Of a stretch of DNA of 64,000 nt, positions 9,954 to 20,419 are shown in pieces. A program made the position numbers and the translations under genes. The notes below the pieces were generated by a model. That model did not search any database. It had not been told where the DNA came from and worked only from the letters and a program-made list of their open reading frames with translations. The number at the start of each line of letters is the position of its first letter. The stretch's first letter is position 1. Source of the stretch: an uncultured delta proteobacterium (GTDB lineage: Bacteria; Desulfobacterota; Desulfobulbia; Desulfobulbales; JAGXFP01). Location of the stretch: NCBI GenBank assembly GCA_963807225.1, contig CAWEAD010000011.1, positions 31,749 to 95,748 on the forward strand. Reading direction: 5' to 3'.

Positions 9954-12476
9954 ATGGACAACCAGAAACTATACTACAAGCTGAACGTCATCTTTATACT
10001 GCTTCTGCTCTTCCCTTGCGCCGGGTTTCTTTACTACGGATACAAGTACGATTTCCTTAAAGACACCTCGATCAAGCTTCTGATCGTGGTTGGCCTGGTC
10101 TATATCTTTGTCGGTTATACTCTGCTCCGTCGTCTCTTCGACAACATCATCAACATCTCCCGCGCCATCAGCGAGAAAATCAATAAGGACATCGCCGCCG
10201 GAGCGGTGGACGTTAGCCAGAGCGAGTTGCAGCAGATCGTCGCCTCCTTCAACGCCATCGAACAGCGCTTTCGGCAGAGTTCCGACAAACTGGCTCAGAA
10301 GGCCCACGAGGTCACCATTCTCAAGGAACTGTCCGATCTCTGCTACGTCACTCTGGACCCTTGGGAAATTCTGCAGGTAACCCTGGAACGAGCCCTGGTT
10401 CTGGTCGGGGCGGATATCGGCTCGGTCTTGATCATGGACAAGGGCAGGGACAGATCCTTTGTGGTCAAAGCAAGTATCGGCCTGGGCGACAATGTCAAGA
10501 TCGACGACCGCATCGATTTCGAAAGCTCCATCGCCAAATATGCCGTCATCAATAAAACTCCGCTGATCGTCGAAGACATCGAAACAGAAAAACGGTTCGG
10601 CCGCTGCAACCGTTTACATTACGGCACCAAGTCCTTTGTCATTATGCCGATCAAGACCATCAAAGACGTTATCGGTGTCCTGACTATATCCCGCCGGGAG
10701 GAAAATTCGGTTTTTCTCCAAGAGGAGGTCGAGGCCCTGACCCCGCTTTTAAGCAACGCCGCCTTTACCTATGAAAACATCCGTCTGCTCAGCGCCCTCG
10801 ATCTGGAGCGCGACAATCTCATCGCCATCCGCAAGATCTTCAAGGCCCTCAACTCCAGCCTCAAGAACAGTGAACTGCTACGCGCCATCTTGAATCAGGT
10901 CCAGGAGGTAATTCCCTTCGAAATTGCCCTGATCCTGGTCCGGGACGAAAAAAGGCCGGACCTGCTCAAGGTCGTCGATCTGGTGGCCAATGAAACCGTG
11001 GACATCTCCGTCGGCACCAGTTTCAACTGCAGGGGCAACATCATCGACCGGGTCATGCAGCAGGAATCGATCCGTATCGTGGATGACCATTCCACCCTGA
11101 ACCAGGAAGTCGGCGAGATGCTTTTGCCCAAGGCCGGGCACCAGGCCTGCCTGTTGGCTCCCCTGACCCTGCGGGGTAAGGTCAACGGTATCATGGCTTT
11201 CTACGCCAAGGAGTGCCGGGTCTTTCGGGAAGCCCAGGAAATCACCGAATGCATCGCCAATATAATCGCCTTCGCCATCGAAGAGGGCAAGCTCACCACC
11301 GCGGTGGCTAAACGGAACAATGAGCTGGAAGCAATCAAGCAGATCGGCAGCGTTCTGGCCTCCTCCACCTTCGACACCGGCAAGGTCCTGAACTATACCA
11401 TGGACATGATCCGTTCCCTGATGAACGTCGAAGCCGGCTCCCTGGCCCTGGTCAAAGACGGCGAACTCGATTTCGCCGCCGCCTTCGGCATCGATTTCAG
11501 CCTGATGCAACCGCACAAACTCAAACTGGGCCAGGGAATCTCCGGCGCCGTCGCTTCACGCGGGGAAGCGATCGTCGAGAACGATATCGGCAATTCCACC
11601 CACTATTACGCTAAAGTCGACGAAACCACCGGCTTCAACACCAGGTCGGCGCTTTGCGTACCGATGATCTCCCAAGGCCGAGTCATCGGGGTTATCGAGG
11701 TGTTGAACAAGCTGGAAGGAGATTTCAGTAACAAGGACAAGGACCTTCTCCAGTCCATCGCCATCTCGGTCAGCATCGCCTTGGAAAATTCCCGGCTCTA
11801 CAAGGAGACGGTGTCCATGGCCGAAAACGAAAGGGCAATCCGTAATATGTTCCAGAAGTTCGTCCCCAAGGAGATCGTCAACAAGATCGTCGGCTCCGGG
11901 CCCGACAAGAATATTGTCGAAGAGATCAAGACCATCACCCTGCTCAATCTCGACATCCGGGGCTTTTCGGACATGACCATGGAAATCGGCCCCCACAAGA
12001 GCGTCGCCCTGCTCAACCATTTTTTTTCGATCATGGGCTCCATAGTCTTCAAGCACAATGGCATGGTTGACAAGTACCTGGGGGATGGCTTTCTGGCCCT
12101 TTTCGGAGCTCCGGTCTCTTCGGCCCACGACGCCGACAACGCCGTGGCCGCAGCCCTGGAGATGCAAGCCGCCATCGCCGGCCTCAACCGGGACTTCGTC
12201 AAGAACCTGCTTGGCAGCGAGTTGAAAATAGGCCTCAGTATTTACACCGGGGAAGTCGTCCTGGGGAATATCGGCTTTGAGATGAAAATGGACTACACGG
12301 TCATCGGTGACCCGGTCAACAAGGTCTTCGAACTGCAGGAATTCACCCGGCCGGTGCCCAACTCCATAATCATCGCCGACTCCACCTGCCGTGCCGCCAT
12401 GAACCGGCTCAAGCTAAGGGAACTGTCGGGGCGTTTGGGTGAGATGAAGCTTTACGAACTGCTGGGCATGACCTGA
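9954..12476 (+). CDS. Membrane-anchored triple-GAF class III nucleotide (adenylate) cyclase
   Basis: Two N-terminal TMs, three GAF domains, cyclase motifs LDIRGFS, DKYLGDG, DYTVIGDPVN. Confidence 0.9.
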   Translation: MDNQKLYYKLNVIFILLLLFPCAGFLYYGYKYDFLKDTSIKLLIVVGLVYIFVGYTLLRRLFDNIINISRAISEKINKDIAAGAVDVSQSELQQIVASFNAIEQRFRQSSDKLAQKAHEVTILKELSDLCYVTLDPWEILQVTLERALVLVGADIGSVLIMDKGRDRSFVVKASIGLGDNVKIDDRIDFESSIAKYAVINKTPLIVEDIETEKRFGRCNRLHYGTKSFVIMPIKTIKDVIGVLTISRREENSVFLQEEVEALTPLLSNAAFTYENIRLLSALDLERDNLIAIRKIFKALNSSLKNSELLRAILNQVQEVIPFEIALILVRDEKRPDLLKVVDLVANETVDISVGTSFNCRGNIIDRVMQQESIRIVDDHSTLNQEVGEMLLPKAGHQACLLAPLTLRGKVNGIMAFYAKECRVFREAQEITECIANIIAFAIEEGKLTTAVAKRNNELEAIKQIGSVLASSTFDTGKVLNYTMDMIRSLMNVEAGSLALVKDGELDFAAAFGIDFSLMQPHKLKLGQGISGAVASRGEAIVENDIGNSTHYYAKVDETTGFNTRSALCVPMISQGRVIGVIEVLNKLEGDFSNKDKDLLQSIAISVSIALENSRLYKETVSMAENERAIRNMFQKFVPKEIVNKIVGSGPDKNIVEEIKTITLLNLDIRGFSDMTMEIGPHKSVALLNHFFSIMGSIVFKHNGMVDKYLGDGFLALFGAPVSSAHDADNAVAAALEMQAAIAGLNRDFVKNLLGSELKIGLSIYTGEVVLGNIGFEMKMDYTVIGDPVNKVFELQEFTRPVPNSIIIADSTCRAAMNRLKLRELSGRLGEMKLYELLGMT

Positions 12477-12722
12477 AGCCTGGAGCTATAAGAATTAGCT
12501 GTTCAGGCAATGTCTATCAATTTCTTGTATTGTGGCAATACCCTTCGGCTCCCTGACTTATTTCTGCCGGATGCCCCCTGAATGTCCCGCTACGCTGACC
12601 TAACCATTTTCCCGTCCGGATCAGCTGTCATCAAAAGGTTCCTATTGTCTTTCAGGAAGCGATTGTCATACTATATGATAAATGTTTCAGTAATCGATAC
12701 CATAACAGCAGGGTGAAGGATC

Positions 12723-13892
12723 ATGACCGGTGGAAATGCGGGATGCAGCATCATCGAAAGCCTAATCAAAGGCTCCATCACCGTTAACCGCAAGGAAGAG
12801 TACAAGAAACTCCTGGAGGACTACCCCGACAGTCCGCACCTGAACTGGCTCTTCGGCGATTTCCTGAAGAACAAACATTATTACGTCGACGCCATGAATA
12901 AATATCGAAAAGCTTACAACCTGTTCATGGCCGAAGGTGAAGTACTCTATGCCATCACCACCCTGTTGGAACTCTGGGAGGTCGTCAATCCCACAGCCCA
13001 TGATTTCCGGGTTCTGCATTCGCATCTCCGCCGGAGGAAATCTTACAGCTCAATGATTGCCGAAAGCATCGCCAGGATGTCGTACAAGGAGTTACGGGCC
13101 ACACTGCCCTGCCTGAAAAAAATCAAGGTCAAAGCCGATGAGATCGTCCAGGAGCCTGGCGATCCGGAGGAGGCGATCTACTTCGTGGTTTGCGGAGAAC
13201 TGGTCAAATCCCCGGCCGAGACCGAAAGCGGCAGATATGCCGTAGTCGAGTACCTGAAAGCCAACGATCACTTCGGCGACGATTTCCCCTGCGAGGTAAA
13301 AAGACCGGCGACATACCAAGTCAGGGCTGTCAGCGATGCTGAACTGCTCAGGATCACCAAAAAAGATTTTCTGGCACTGACCACGGAATTCCCTGATCTG
13401 AAAAGCGGTATTACCAAACTCATCAGGTACCAGATTATCCCGGAAGACAAAAAACCGGAAAAGTTCTTCCGCAAAACCTCACGCCGTCATTATTCCATAT
13501 TCCTGACCCTGGAGATCCTCGACAATCAACCGGGCCGCCATCCTCTGACCGTCAAAGGCTTCTCTCTGGATATTTCCCTGGGCGGGGCCTGTGTGATAGT
13601 TGACCCGAGATACCGGGATATTCCGGCCCAGGATATCATGCATCGGAAGACCAAGCTCAGGATCAGTCTGCCGGATGAATCGGTCAGTGTGGAAATCATG
13701 GGACATGTGGCCTGGTGCAAGGAGACCGACTTCGACGGCGAAGAGACTTACGCCCTCGGGGTTCAGTTCAATGAGATGCCACAGCGGCTGCGCGGGTCGA
13801 TGATTATCTTCATCAATGCAGTTGGCACCACCAACAAACACCTGAACGAATTCAACCTCTCTCAGGATAAAATCGAAAGCAGGAGGAAGTAA
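12723..13892 (+). CDS. cNMP-binding domain plus PilZ domain protein
   Basis: cNMP-like region IVQEPGDP..IYFVVCGEL..HFGD..VRAVSDAELLRI; PilZ motifs RKTSRR and DISLGGA..LGVQF; start uncertain. Confidence 0.8.
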   Translation: MTGGNAGCSIIESLIKGSITVNRKEEYKKLLEDYPDSPHLNWLFGDFLKNKHYYVDAMNKYRKAYNLFMAEGEVLYAITTLLELWEVVNPTAHDFRVLHSHLRRRKSYSSMIAESIARMSYKELRATLPCLKKIKVKADEIVQEPGDPEEAIYFVVCGELVKSPAETESGRYAVVEYLKANDHFGDDFPCEVKRPATYQVRAVSDAELLRITKKDFLALTTEFPDLKSGITKLIRYQIIPEDKKPEKFFRKTSRRHYSIFLTLEILDNQPGRHPLTVKGFSLDISLGGACVIVDPRYRDIPAQDIMHRKTKLRISLPDESVSVEIMGHVAWCKETDFDGEETYALGVQFNEMPQRLRGSMIIFINAVGTTNKHLNEFNLSQDKIESRRK

Positions 13893-14089
13893 AAACCACC
13901 AGGATCTTGTGGCAGAGAATAGGACGGGCTCCCTCCCTTCCTTTTTCTTTGGGTGGATAGTTCAGGGAACTGTTGGGACGCTAGGGTGAGACGAAGCTTC
14001 ACTAACTTCAACTGCTGGGGGTGGCCTGAAATACTCGAACTCCCACCGTCTGATCAAACCAGGCCAAGGAGAAACAACTTTCGGGCACC

Positions 14090-14650
14090 TTATTTCTCAG
14101 TCCGAAAACAGTCCAGGGCGACATTCTGGCGGGCTGAAACGACTACGGCTTCCTTGTTTTCAAGAGATATGATAACCCGATCAAGTTCCCGCTGAATTGC
14201 CTTGATATCATTAATCTTGTCGCGGAGACCGGCGGTGGTTTCATTCACCGAGGCGGCCAGATCCATTAAGGTGTCATTTTTACGCAACACCACATGCTCA
14301 GTGAGGTTACCGTCCGCAATCAGTTCCAGACTTTTTTGAACTCGATAGATCGGACCTGCGAGTTTCTGGGGCAGAAACAAGGCCAGGACAATACCGCTGA
14401 GCAGGCTCACGAAGGCACCGGCCGCCATGACTGGGATCAACAGATCGCTCACCCGACGAATCTGAATATGGGCCGTGTAAAATGACGAAGAGATTTCTTG
14501 CCGGGAATAAAAATAAAGGATGAAGACGGACACCAGCGAACTGACGATCACCACACCGACAATTCTGGCCAGCAGCCACATTTGAAATTCCCTTTTCACC
14601 GCCAGGTTGAGTTTTTTTCTCCTGTTTTGTCCGCGCTTTTTTTCTATCAT
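14090..14650 (-). CDS. Small two-TM HAMP-domain membrane protein
   Basis: Start reset to MIEKKRG; two TMs then KLAGPIYRV..IADGNLT..LRKNDTL HAMP pattern. Confidence 0.75.
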   Translation of the reverse strand: MIEKKRGQNRRKKLNLAVKREFQMWLLARIVGVVIVSSLVSVFILYFYSRQEISSSFYTAHIQIRRVSDLLIPVMAAGAFVSLLSGIVLALFLPQKLAGPIYRVQKSLELIADGNLTEHVVLRKNDTLMDLAASVNETTAGLRDKINDIKAIQRELDRVIISLENKEAVVVSARQNVALDCFRTEK

Positions 14651-14867
14651 GTCACGCTCCCCCCCTACAATGAACTTATAACGTAATCTATCGTTAACTA
14701 GTTGCCATCCGGAAACAGCCTGCTTGACCACATCTTTAACGGCTGCAAGGTGCGGCAATTTCGTATTATGGGCCGGAATTTTCCCGGTGCCGATTGCCCC
14801 GGCCGAATAACTGGAAGGCAGTCTGCGAAACTTCGAAACAATTGTGTCGCCCTATATAGGGAACACC

Positions 14868-16070
14868 TTACAACATGTCCTTATGACAACCAACGCAGAG
14901 TTCGCGTTTGCCCCTTTTTCTGGCCAGATATTCATAATCGGAACTATGCGAAATATGGCAGGAGCCACAGGTTATCCGTCCATCCGGCAAGGTCGGATAC
15001 TCCGCGGGAATAGTCATTCCGGGTTTGGGATAGACATTCACCGGATGGGTTATGGTGCTCTGGTTGTAATGACAGGTTTTGCACGCCTTCATGGAAATCA
15101 TCGCCTGACTATTGAGAGTTTTGTGCGATGTATCTTCATCAGCCGACGTGCCGGTATTTTCAGCGGTCGATATCTGCGGCCGGGCTACTCCATTGCTCCC
15201 AACGTAAACTGCGGCCGGCTGCGCCAAGGTCAGTTCGAGCAGATAGTCGGTGCCAAGACGTTGGAAGCTGCTGCTCACTCCCTCCTCCGTCCCCTTTTGA
15301 AGAGGATTGTCGGATTCCTCCGCTGGCGCGATATAAGGGTTGGAAGTAGAAAATTTCAGAGGTTCCGAAGTCTCGGATCTGCCAAACAGATCGGTCGAAA
15401 CGACGGAAAAAAGATAAGTTCTATCTGGCTTCAGATCATGAACGGTAACCTCATGCCGCAGACCGAGGCGCTTGTTGGGTTCCGAAATCTTAGAAAGGAC
15501 TTCATCTCCATAGCGGACCAGGCCGGAGGTAAGAGTATCAGTCCGCCAGCCGATTGTCGCCGAGAGAAACACTCCACGTTCGACTTTGAGCACCTGGACA
15601 TCGAAAATGGCTGGCACCTTACCGGGGTCTGCCACTTCAGAGAGGCTGTTCAGTAACGGGACGGCGATTTCATGACGAGAAATCTTCCCATCCGGCGCCC
15701 AAAGTTCGACAACCAGATTGTCACTAACTTTGTCGCCCGGCAACAGAAAACTATGGCTGTGTTCGACCACACCGGTATCCGCCAGCCAGTTGACTTTGCT
15801 TCGATCCGGGATATCTACGGCCTTTATTGCCGAAGCCGAGGGTTTTTCGGCGGCATGGCAGGTACCGCATTGTTCCAATGCAAAAGGAGTATGGAGATAC
15901 ATGCGGGAGGCATCTTCGGTCAGGTCCGCTATATGGCAGGTGTAGCAGTTATGAAAATCATACGCATTGGCCGAGAGGGGCAGGAGAATAATTAAACAAG
16001 AACCGCAGAATATCGAAAAACGGATTATGGATGACCAAGTAAAAGACCATTTAAGCATGTCGATCCCCAT
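14868..16070 (-). CDS. Pentaheme c-type cytochrome with an internal fibronectin type III-like domain
   Basis: Signal peptide; five CxxCH (CYTCH, CGTCH, CKTCH, CGSCH, CVGCH); FN3-like ATIGWRTD..HEVTVHDLKPDRTYLFSVVSTD. Confidence 0.85.
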   Translation of the reverse strand: MGIDMLKWSFTWSSIIRFSIFCGSCLIILLPLSANAYDFHNCYTCHIADLTEDASRMYLHTPFALEQCGTCHAAEKPSASAIKAVDIPDRSKVNWLADTGVVEHSHSFLLPGDKVSDNLVVELWAPDGKISRHEIAVPLLNSLSEVADPGKVPAIFDVQVLKVERGVFLSATIGWRTDTLTSGLVRYGDEVLSKISEPNKRLGLRHEVTVHDLKPDRTYLFSVVSTDLFGRSETSEPLKFSTSNPYIAPAEESDNPLQKGTEEGVSSSFQRLGTDYLLELTLAQPAAVYVGSNGVARPQISTAENTGTSADEDTSHKTLNSQAMISMKACKTCHYNQSTITHPVNVYPKPGMTIPAEYPTLPDGRITCGSCHISHSSDYEYLARKRGKRELCVGCHKDML

Positions 16071-16466
16071 TAACAGCTTCGCAAATTGGACAATTCCGCT
16101 AACCTGTGGTTCTCATCAAGAAAAACAACATTACAGAAATTCAGATACTTATCTTTAAAGAGTTGAAAAACAGCTGCAACCTGCTTTTACTTAGACAAGA
16201 ATCTGATTGTTAGTCTTGCGACAATTAATCCAGATGAGGCTATGAGATCTCGTTTTTGAGGCTCGACCTATTGTACTTGGCAGTTCCGCCAATCCCCATT
16301 CACCTGACTTATTAATACCCGATATTATATATAATCGAATTACGCCTAACGGATGTCAACGTAAAATTTATCACAACTACTTTCTTTCGCGGCGCAATCG
16401 GCTCAAGGAAGAATTAAATAACCCTGGCCCGGTCCATGCGTAGTTTCAATGGGAACGATTAATCGC

Positions 16467-19154
16467 TCAAGTCTCGGCCAGATTCTTGCCGGTTGCAAGG
16501 TTGACCACCAGCGGCACTTTTAAGATCAGAACCTGTTCCATGGCCGGGCGGACCAGTTCAGTAACCGCCTCGACCTCTGCCTTCGGTACCTCAAAGACCA
16601 GCTCGTCATGGATCTGCAGCAGCAGTCGGGCCTCACTGCCCGACTCCCGCAGCCGGCGATCGACCTCCAGGGTGGCCAGTTTGATGATATCGGCGGCGGT
16701 GCCCTGGATCGGGGTGTTGACGGCGATCCGTTCCGCCCCCTCGCGCTGGACCCGATTGGCGCTGCCCAGTTCGGGCAGGTAGCGGCGCCGGTTGAGCATG
16801 GTGGTCACATATCCATCGCGCCGGGCCTGGACGACAATTTCCTCCATGAATCTTTTTACCCCTGGATAATGCTCGAAGTAGCGGTCGATAAAGGTCTGCG
16901 CCTCCTTGCGGCTCAGGTTGAGCCGGGAAGAAAGCCCGAAGGCGCTGATTCCGTAAACGATGCTGAAGTTGATGGTCTTGGCCACCCGACGCATCTGATC
17001 GGTGACGAAGTCGGGGCTGACCCGAAAGACCTCGGCCGCGGTCTGCCGATGGATATCGCGGCCGGCTTGAAAATCTTCGATCAAGGCCTGATCGTCGGCA
17101 TAATGGGCCAGGACCCGGAGGTCAATCTGGGAATAGTCCGCCGCCAGAAAGAGATGGCCGGGAGCGGCCACGAAGGCCCGTCTGATCTTTTGCCCTTCCG
17201 GAGTGCGGATCGGGATGTTCTGCAGATTGGGGTTGCTGCTGGAGAGGCGGCCGGTGGCGGCGACCATCTGATTGAAGGAAGTATGGACCCGGCCGGTCAG
17301 CGGATGGATCTGCTCCAGGAGCTTATCGACGTAGGTCGATTTCAGCTTGCCCAGTTCACGGTAATTGATCACCGCCACCGGCAGGTCGTGATAACGTCCC
17401 AGTTCTTCCAACACTTTGGCGTCGGTGGAAAAGCCGGTCTTGGTTTTCCGGCCCTGGGGCAGCTTGAGCTTATCGAAGAGGATCTCGCCCAACTGCCGGG
17501 GGGAGTTGATGTTGAACTCCTGGCCGGCCAGTTTGAAGATCTCATGTTCCAGCTCGAGGAGTTGCCGGCCGAAATCTTCGGCCAGCTTTTCCAGTTCTCC
17601 CCGGTCGACCAGAATACCGGCCAGTTCCATGGAGGCCAATACCGGAATCAGCGGCGCTTCCAGCCGATTGAAGAGCTCCCGCAGTTTAAGCTCCGCCAGC
17701 TTCGGTTCGAAATACTCCCAGAGCAACCAGGCGGCGTGGACATCCTCGCAGGAGTAATCCCGGGCCGCAAGCGGTTCGACCAGGGCAAAGTTCACCTCGT
17801 CGCGCCCCTTGCCCTGCTCGGCCGTCACCTCGGCAAAAGTAGTCAATTTGAACTGCAGCAACTCCAAAGCCAGGTCGTCGAGTTTGTGAGAACGACGGTT
17901 GGGATCGACCAGGTAGGAGGCCAGCATGGTATCGCACAATGGCCCGGCCAGGTCAATCCCCTGGGTTTTCAGAACCGAGTAGTCGAACTTCAGATTGTGA
18001 CCGATCTTGGTCAGCTTGGGATTCTCCAGCAGCGGTCGCAGGATTTGCAGTGCCTGATCCCGTTCGGGCTGATCGGGAGCCGGACTACCGTCCGGCCGGC
18101 GGTGAGCGAGCGGCAAATACCAGGCCGGCCCGGCTTCGACACACAGGGAAATGCCGACCAGTTCGGCGACCAGGGGATCCAGGGAAGTGGTTTCGGTATC
18201 GACCACCAGATGTTCGGACCGAGCCAGTTCTTTCACCACCTGCCGAAGTTCCGCGAGAGCGGTGAGCAGACGATAGCCTTTCTTGTCCAGAGGCGCGGTC
18301 TCCACCTGGTTTTTGAGCAGACGGGAAAAGCCCAGGAAGGTGAACAATTCCTGGAGTTTGGCGTTATCGGGGTCCGGCAACCGGTAGTCCCCGGCTTGGT
18401 CCGGCACCTCCAGATCCTCCCGCAGGCGGATCAGATCGCGAGACAACAAGGCCATTTCCTTATTGGTCGCCAGTTTTTCGGCCAGTTTCTTCTGCTCGAC
18501 CTGATCCAGGCTGGCATACAACTGGTCCAGGGAACCGAAGACGCCGATTAGTTTGGCCGCGGTCTTGGGGCCGATTCCCGGCACCCCGGGGATATTGTCG
18601 GAACTGTCGCCGACCAGGGCGAAGTAATCGAGCAGATGTTCCACCGGGACTCCATATTTGGCCTTAACTCCGTCCCGGTCAAACTCCTTATTGTTCATCG
18701 GATCCCAGAATGTGACCCCCTCACCGACCAGCTGCAGGAGATCCTTGTCACCGGAGACCAGCACTACCTCATTGCCCTTCTTCTGCAGGCGACGCGCCGC
18801 CGAAGCGATCAGGTCATCGGCCTCAAAGCCCTGCCGTTCCAGACAGGTTATATTGTAGGCCTCGACTATTTGCCGGACATAAGGTAATTGACAGGCCAGG
18901 TCCTCCGGCATCGGCGGTCGTGTCGCCTTGTAATCCTTATAGAGTTCATGACGAAAGGTCGGCCCCTTGAGATCGAAAGCCACGGCCAGTTGGCGGGCCT
19001 CCTTCTCCCGAATCAAGCGCAGGAGGATATTGGTAAAACCATAGACCGCGTGGGTTGGTAATCCTGTGCTGTTGGTAAGCGGGGTGATGGCATGATAAGC
19101 GCGATAGATATAGGCGCTGCCGTCGACCAGGTAGATCGGTTCTGATTTGCTCAT
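16467..19154 (-). CDS. polA: DNA polymerase I
   Basis: YLVDGSAYIYRAYHA, DTETTSLD, TGRLSSSNPNLQNIP, ADYSQIDLRVLAH, LLQIHDELVFE. Confidence 0.98.
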   Translation of the reverse strand: MSKSEPIYLVDGSAYIYRAYHAITPLTNSTGLPTHAVYGFTNILLRLIREKEARQLAVAFDLKGPTFRHELYKDYKATRPPMPEDLACQLPYVRQIVEAYNITCLERQGFEADDLIASAARRLQKKGNEVVLVSGDKDLLQLVGEGVTFWDPMNNKEFDRDGVKAKYGVPVEHLLDYFALVGDSSDNIPGVPGIGPKTAAKLIGVFGSLDQLYASLDQVEQKKLAEKLATNKEMALLSRDLIRLREDLEVPDQAGDYRLPDPDNAKLQELFTFLGFSRLLKNQVETAPLDKKGYRLLTALAELRQVVKELARSEHLVVDTETTSLDPLVAELVGISLCVEAGPAWYLPLAHRRPDGSPAPDQPERDQALQILRPLLENPKLTKIGHNLKFDYSVLKTQGIDLAGPLCDTMLASYLVDPNRRSHKLDDLALELLQFKLTTFAEVTAEQGKGRDEVNFALVEPLAARDYSCEDVHAAWLLWEYFEPKLAELKLRELFNRLEAPLIPVLASMELAGILVDRGELEKLAEDFGRQLLELEHEIFKLAGQEFNINSPRQLGEILFDKLKLPQGRKTKTGFSTDAKVLEELGRYHDLPVAVINYRELGKLKSTYVDKLLEQIHPLTGRVHTSFNQMVAATGRLSSSNPNLQNIPIRTPEGQKIRRAFVAAPGHLFLAADYSQIDLRVLAHYADDQALIEDFQAGRDIHRQTAAEVFRVSPDFVTDQMRRVAKTINFSIVYGISAFGLSSRLNLSRKEAQTFIDRYFEHYPGVKRFMEEIVVQARRDGYVTTMLNRRRYLPELGSANRVQREGAERIAVNTPIQGTAADIIKLATLEVDRRLRESGSEARLLLQIHDELVFEVPKAEVEAVTELVRPAMEQVLILKVPLVVNLATGKNLAET

Positions 19155-19250
19155 TGGCATCCGTTGTCTTATGGTGAATAATCGTGAGCTGGGCCGGACC
19201 GCCACCCGGCCCGATGCAGATTCAATTTAACACAGATCGCTTTTTACTCC

Positions 19251-19943
19251 ATGAGATTCCCCACCCCCTTATTGCCGGCCACGCTCATAAGGCGTTACAA
19301 AAGATTCCTGGCCGATGTCATCTTAGAGGACGGCAGCGAAATCACCGTCCACTGTCCCAATTCGGGTAGTATGCTGGGCTGCAGCGAACCCGGTTCGCCG
19401 GTAATGCTCTCCCGGGCAACCAATCCAAAGCGCAAATATGCCCACACCCTGGAAATGGTGCGGGTGGACGGAAACTGGATCGGGGTCAATACCTCCCTGA
19501 CCAACTCCCTGGTTCGGGAGGGACTGGAAGCCGGAATCTTCCCGGAAGCGGGAAAGTTCACGACCATCAAACCGGAAGTCAAGGTAGGTCGAAGTCGCCT
19601 GGATTTCAGGCTCTCCGGGCCCGCAACCGATTGCTATCTGGAGATCAAAAACTGCTCCCTGGCCGAAAACGGCGTCGCCCTGTTTCCCGATGCCGTGACC
19701 GAGCGGGGCACCCGTCACCTGCAGGAACTGCTGACCCTGTACCGGGCCGGATACCGGGCCGGGATTATTTTCTGTGTACAGCGCCGGGATGCGGAGATTT
19801 TCAGTCCGGCTTCCGCCATCGATCCACTTTATGCCAGAACCCTCGGCGAAGTGATCGGCCAGGGGGTCATGGCTCTGGCCTGTCGCGCCATGGTCAACCC
19901 GCAAGCCATTCAAATAGACCTACGTCTGCCGGTCAGGCTGTGA
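19251..19943 (+). CDS. sfsA: Sugar fermentation stimulation protein SfsA (PD-(D/E)xK nuclease fold)
   Basis: RRYKRFLAD, HCPNSGSM, SRLDF, EIKNCSL, FPDAVTERGTRHL. Confidence 0.95.
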   Translation: MRFPTPLLPATLIRRYKRFLADVILEDGSEITVHCPNSGSMLGCSEPGSPVMLSRATNPKRKYAHTLEMVRVDGNWIGVNTSLTNSLVREGLEAGIFPEAGKFTTIKPEVKVGRSRLDFRLSGPATDCYLEIKNCSLAENGVALFPDAVTERGTRHLQELLTLYRAGYRAGIIFCVQRRDAEIFSPASAIDPLYARTLGEVIGQGVMALACRAMVNPQAIQIDLRLPVRL

Positions 19944-20028
19944 TGCCGATTTGCAGGTGATTTCTCTCGGTGTTTTATGATAAAATAAAATAATTCGGCT
20001 CAGAAAACCGCTAGCAGGGGAGGACAAG

Positions 20029-20364
20029 ATGGAAGGAATACCGAAAGTTTCCGCCAGTGAGGCCCACAAGAAGGTTCAAGCAGGCCAGGCCCTTCTGGTC
20101 TGCGCCTACGAAAGCGACGCCAGATTTGCCAAGTTTCATCTGGAGGGAGCCATACCTTTCAGCGAATTCAAGAAGCTCTTTCCCAAACTGAAGATGGATC
20201 AGGAGGTTATTTTCTACTGCAACTGAACGGACGAACATTCGTCTGCCGGTCAGGCAGCAAATTTCATGTCCCAGGGCTACCCATACATGAAGGCCCTCAA
20301 GGGCGGAGTGGAAGCCTGGAAGAAAGAAGGATTACCTCTTATCGATCCACCCCCGGAACAATAA
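20029..20364 (+). CDS. Rhodanese-like selenoprotein (CxU), UGA 20224-20226 read as Sec, 111 aa
   Basis: ORF track stops at IFYCN; the frame continues U-TDEHSSAGQAANFMSQGYPYMKALKGGVEAWKKEGLP to TAA 20362, completing the rhodanese fold; hairpin ctgcc-ggtca-ggcag at 20243-20257. Confidence 0.88.
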
Positions 20365-20398
20365 AAAAACGAGCAGGCTTATCGCCTGCTCGTTTTTT
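20363..20398. terminator. Bidirectional intrinsic terminator
   Basis: A7-cgagcaggc/gcctgctcg-T6 between convergent genes. Confidence 0.85.
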
Positions 20399-20419
20399 CA
20401 TGCAGCAACTGCCGACAAC

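Noticed and set aside
16080-16460. Possible cyclic-dinucleotide (GEMM) riboswitch upstream of the multiheme cytochrome
   Set aside because: No GAAA-loop / GACGCAAAGC-type core found by eye on the coding strand
16608-18551. 647-aa + strand ORF
   Set aside because: Antisense to polA
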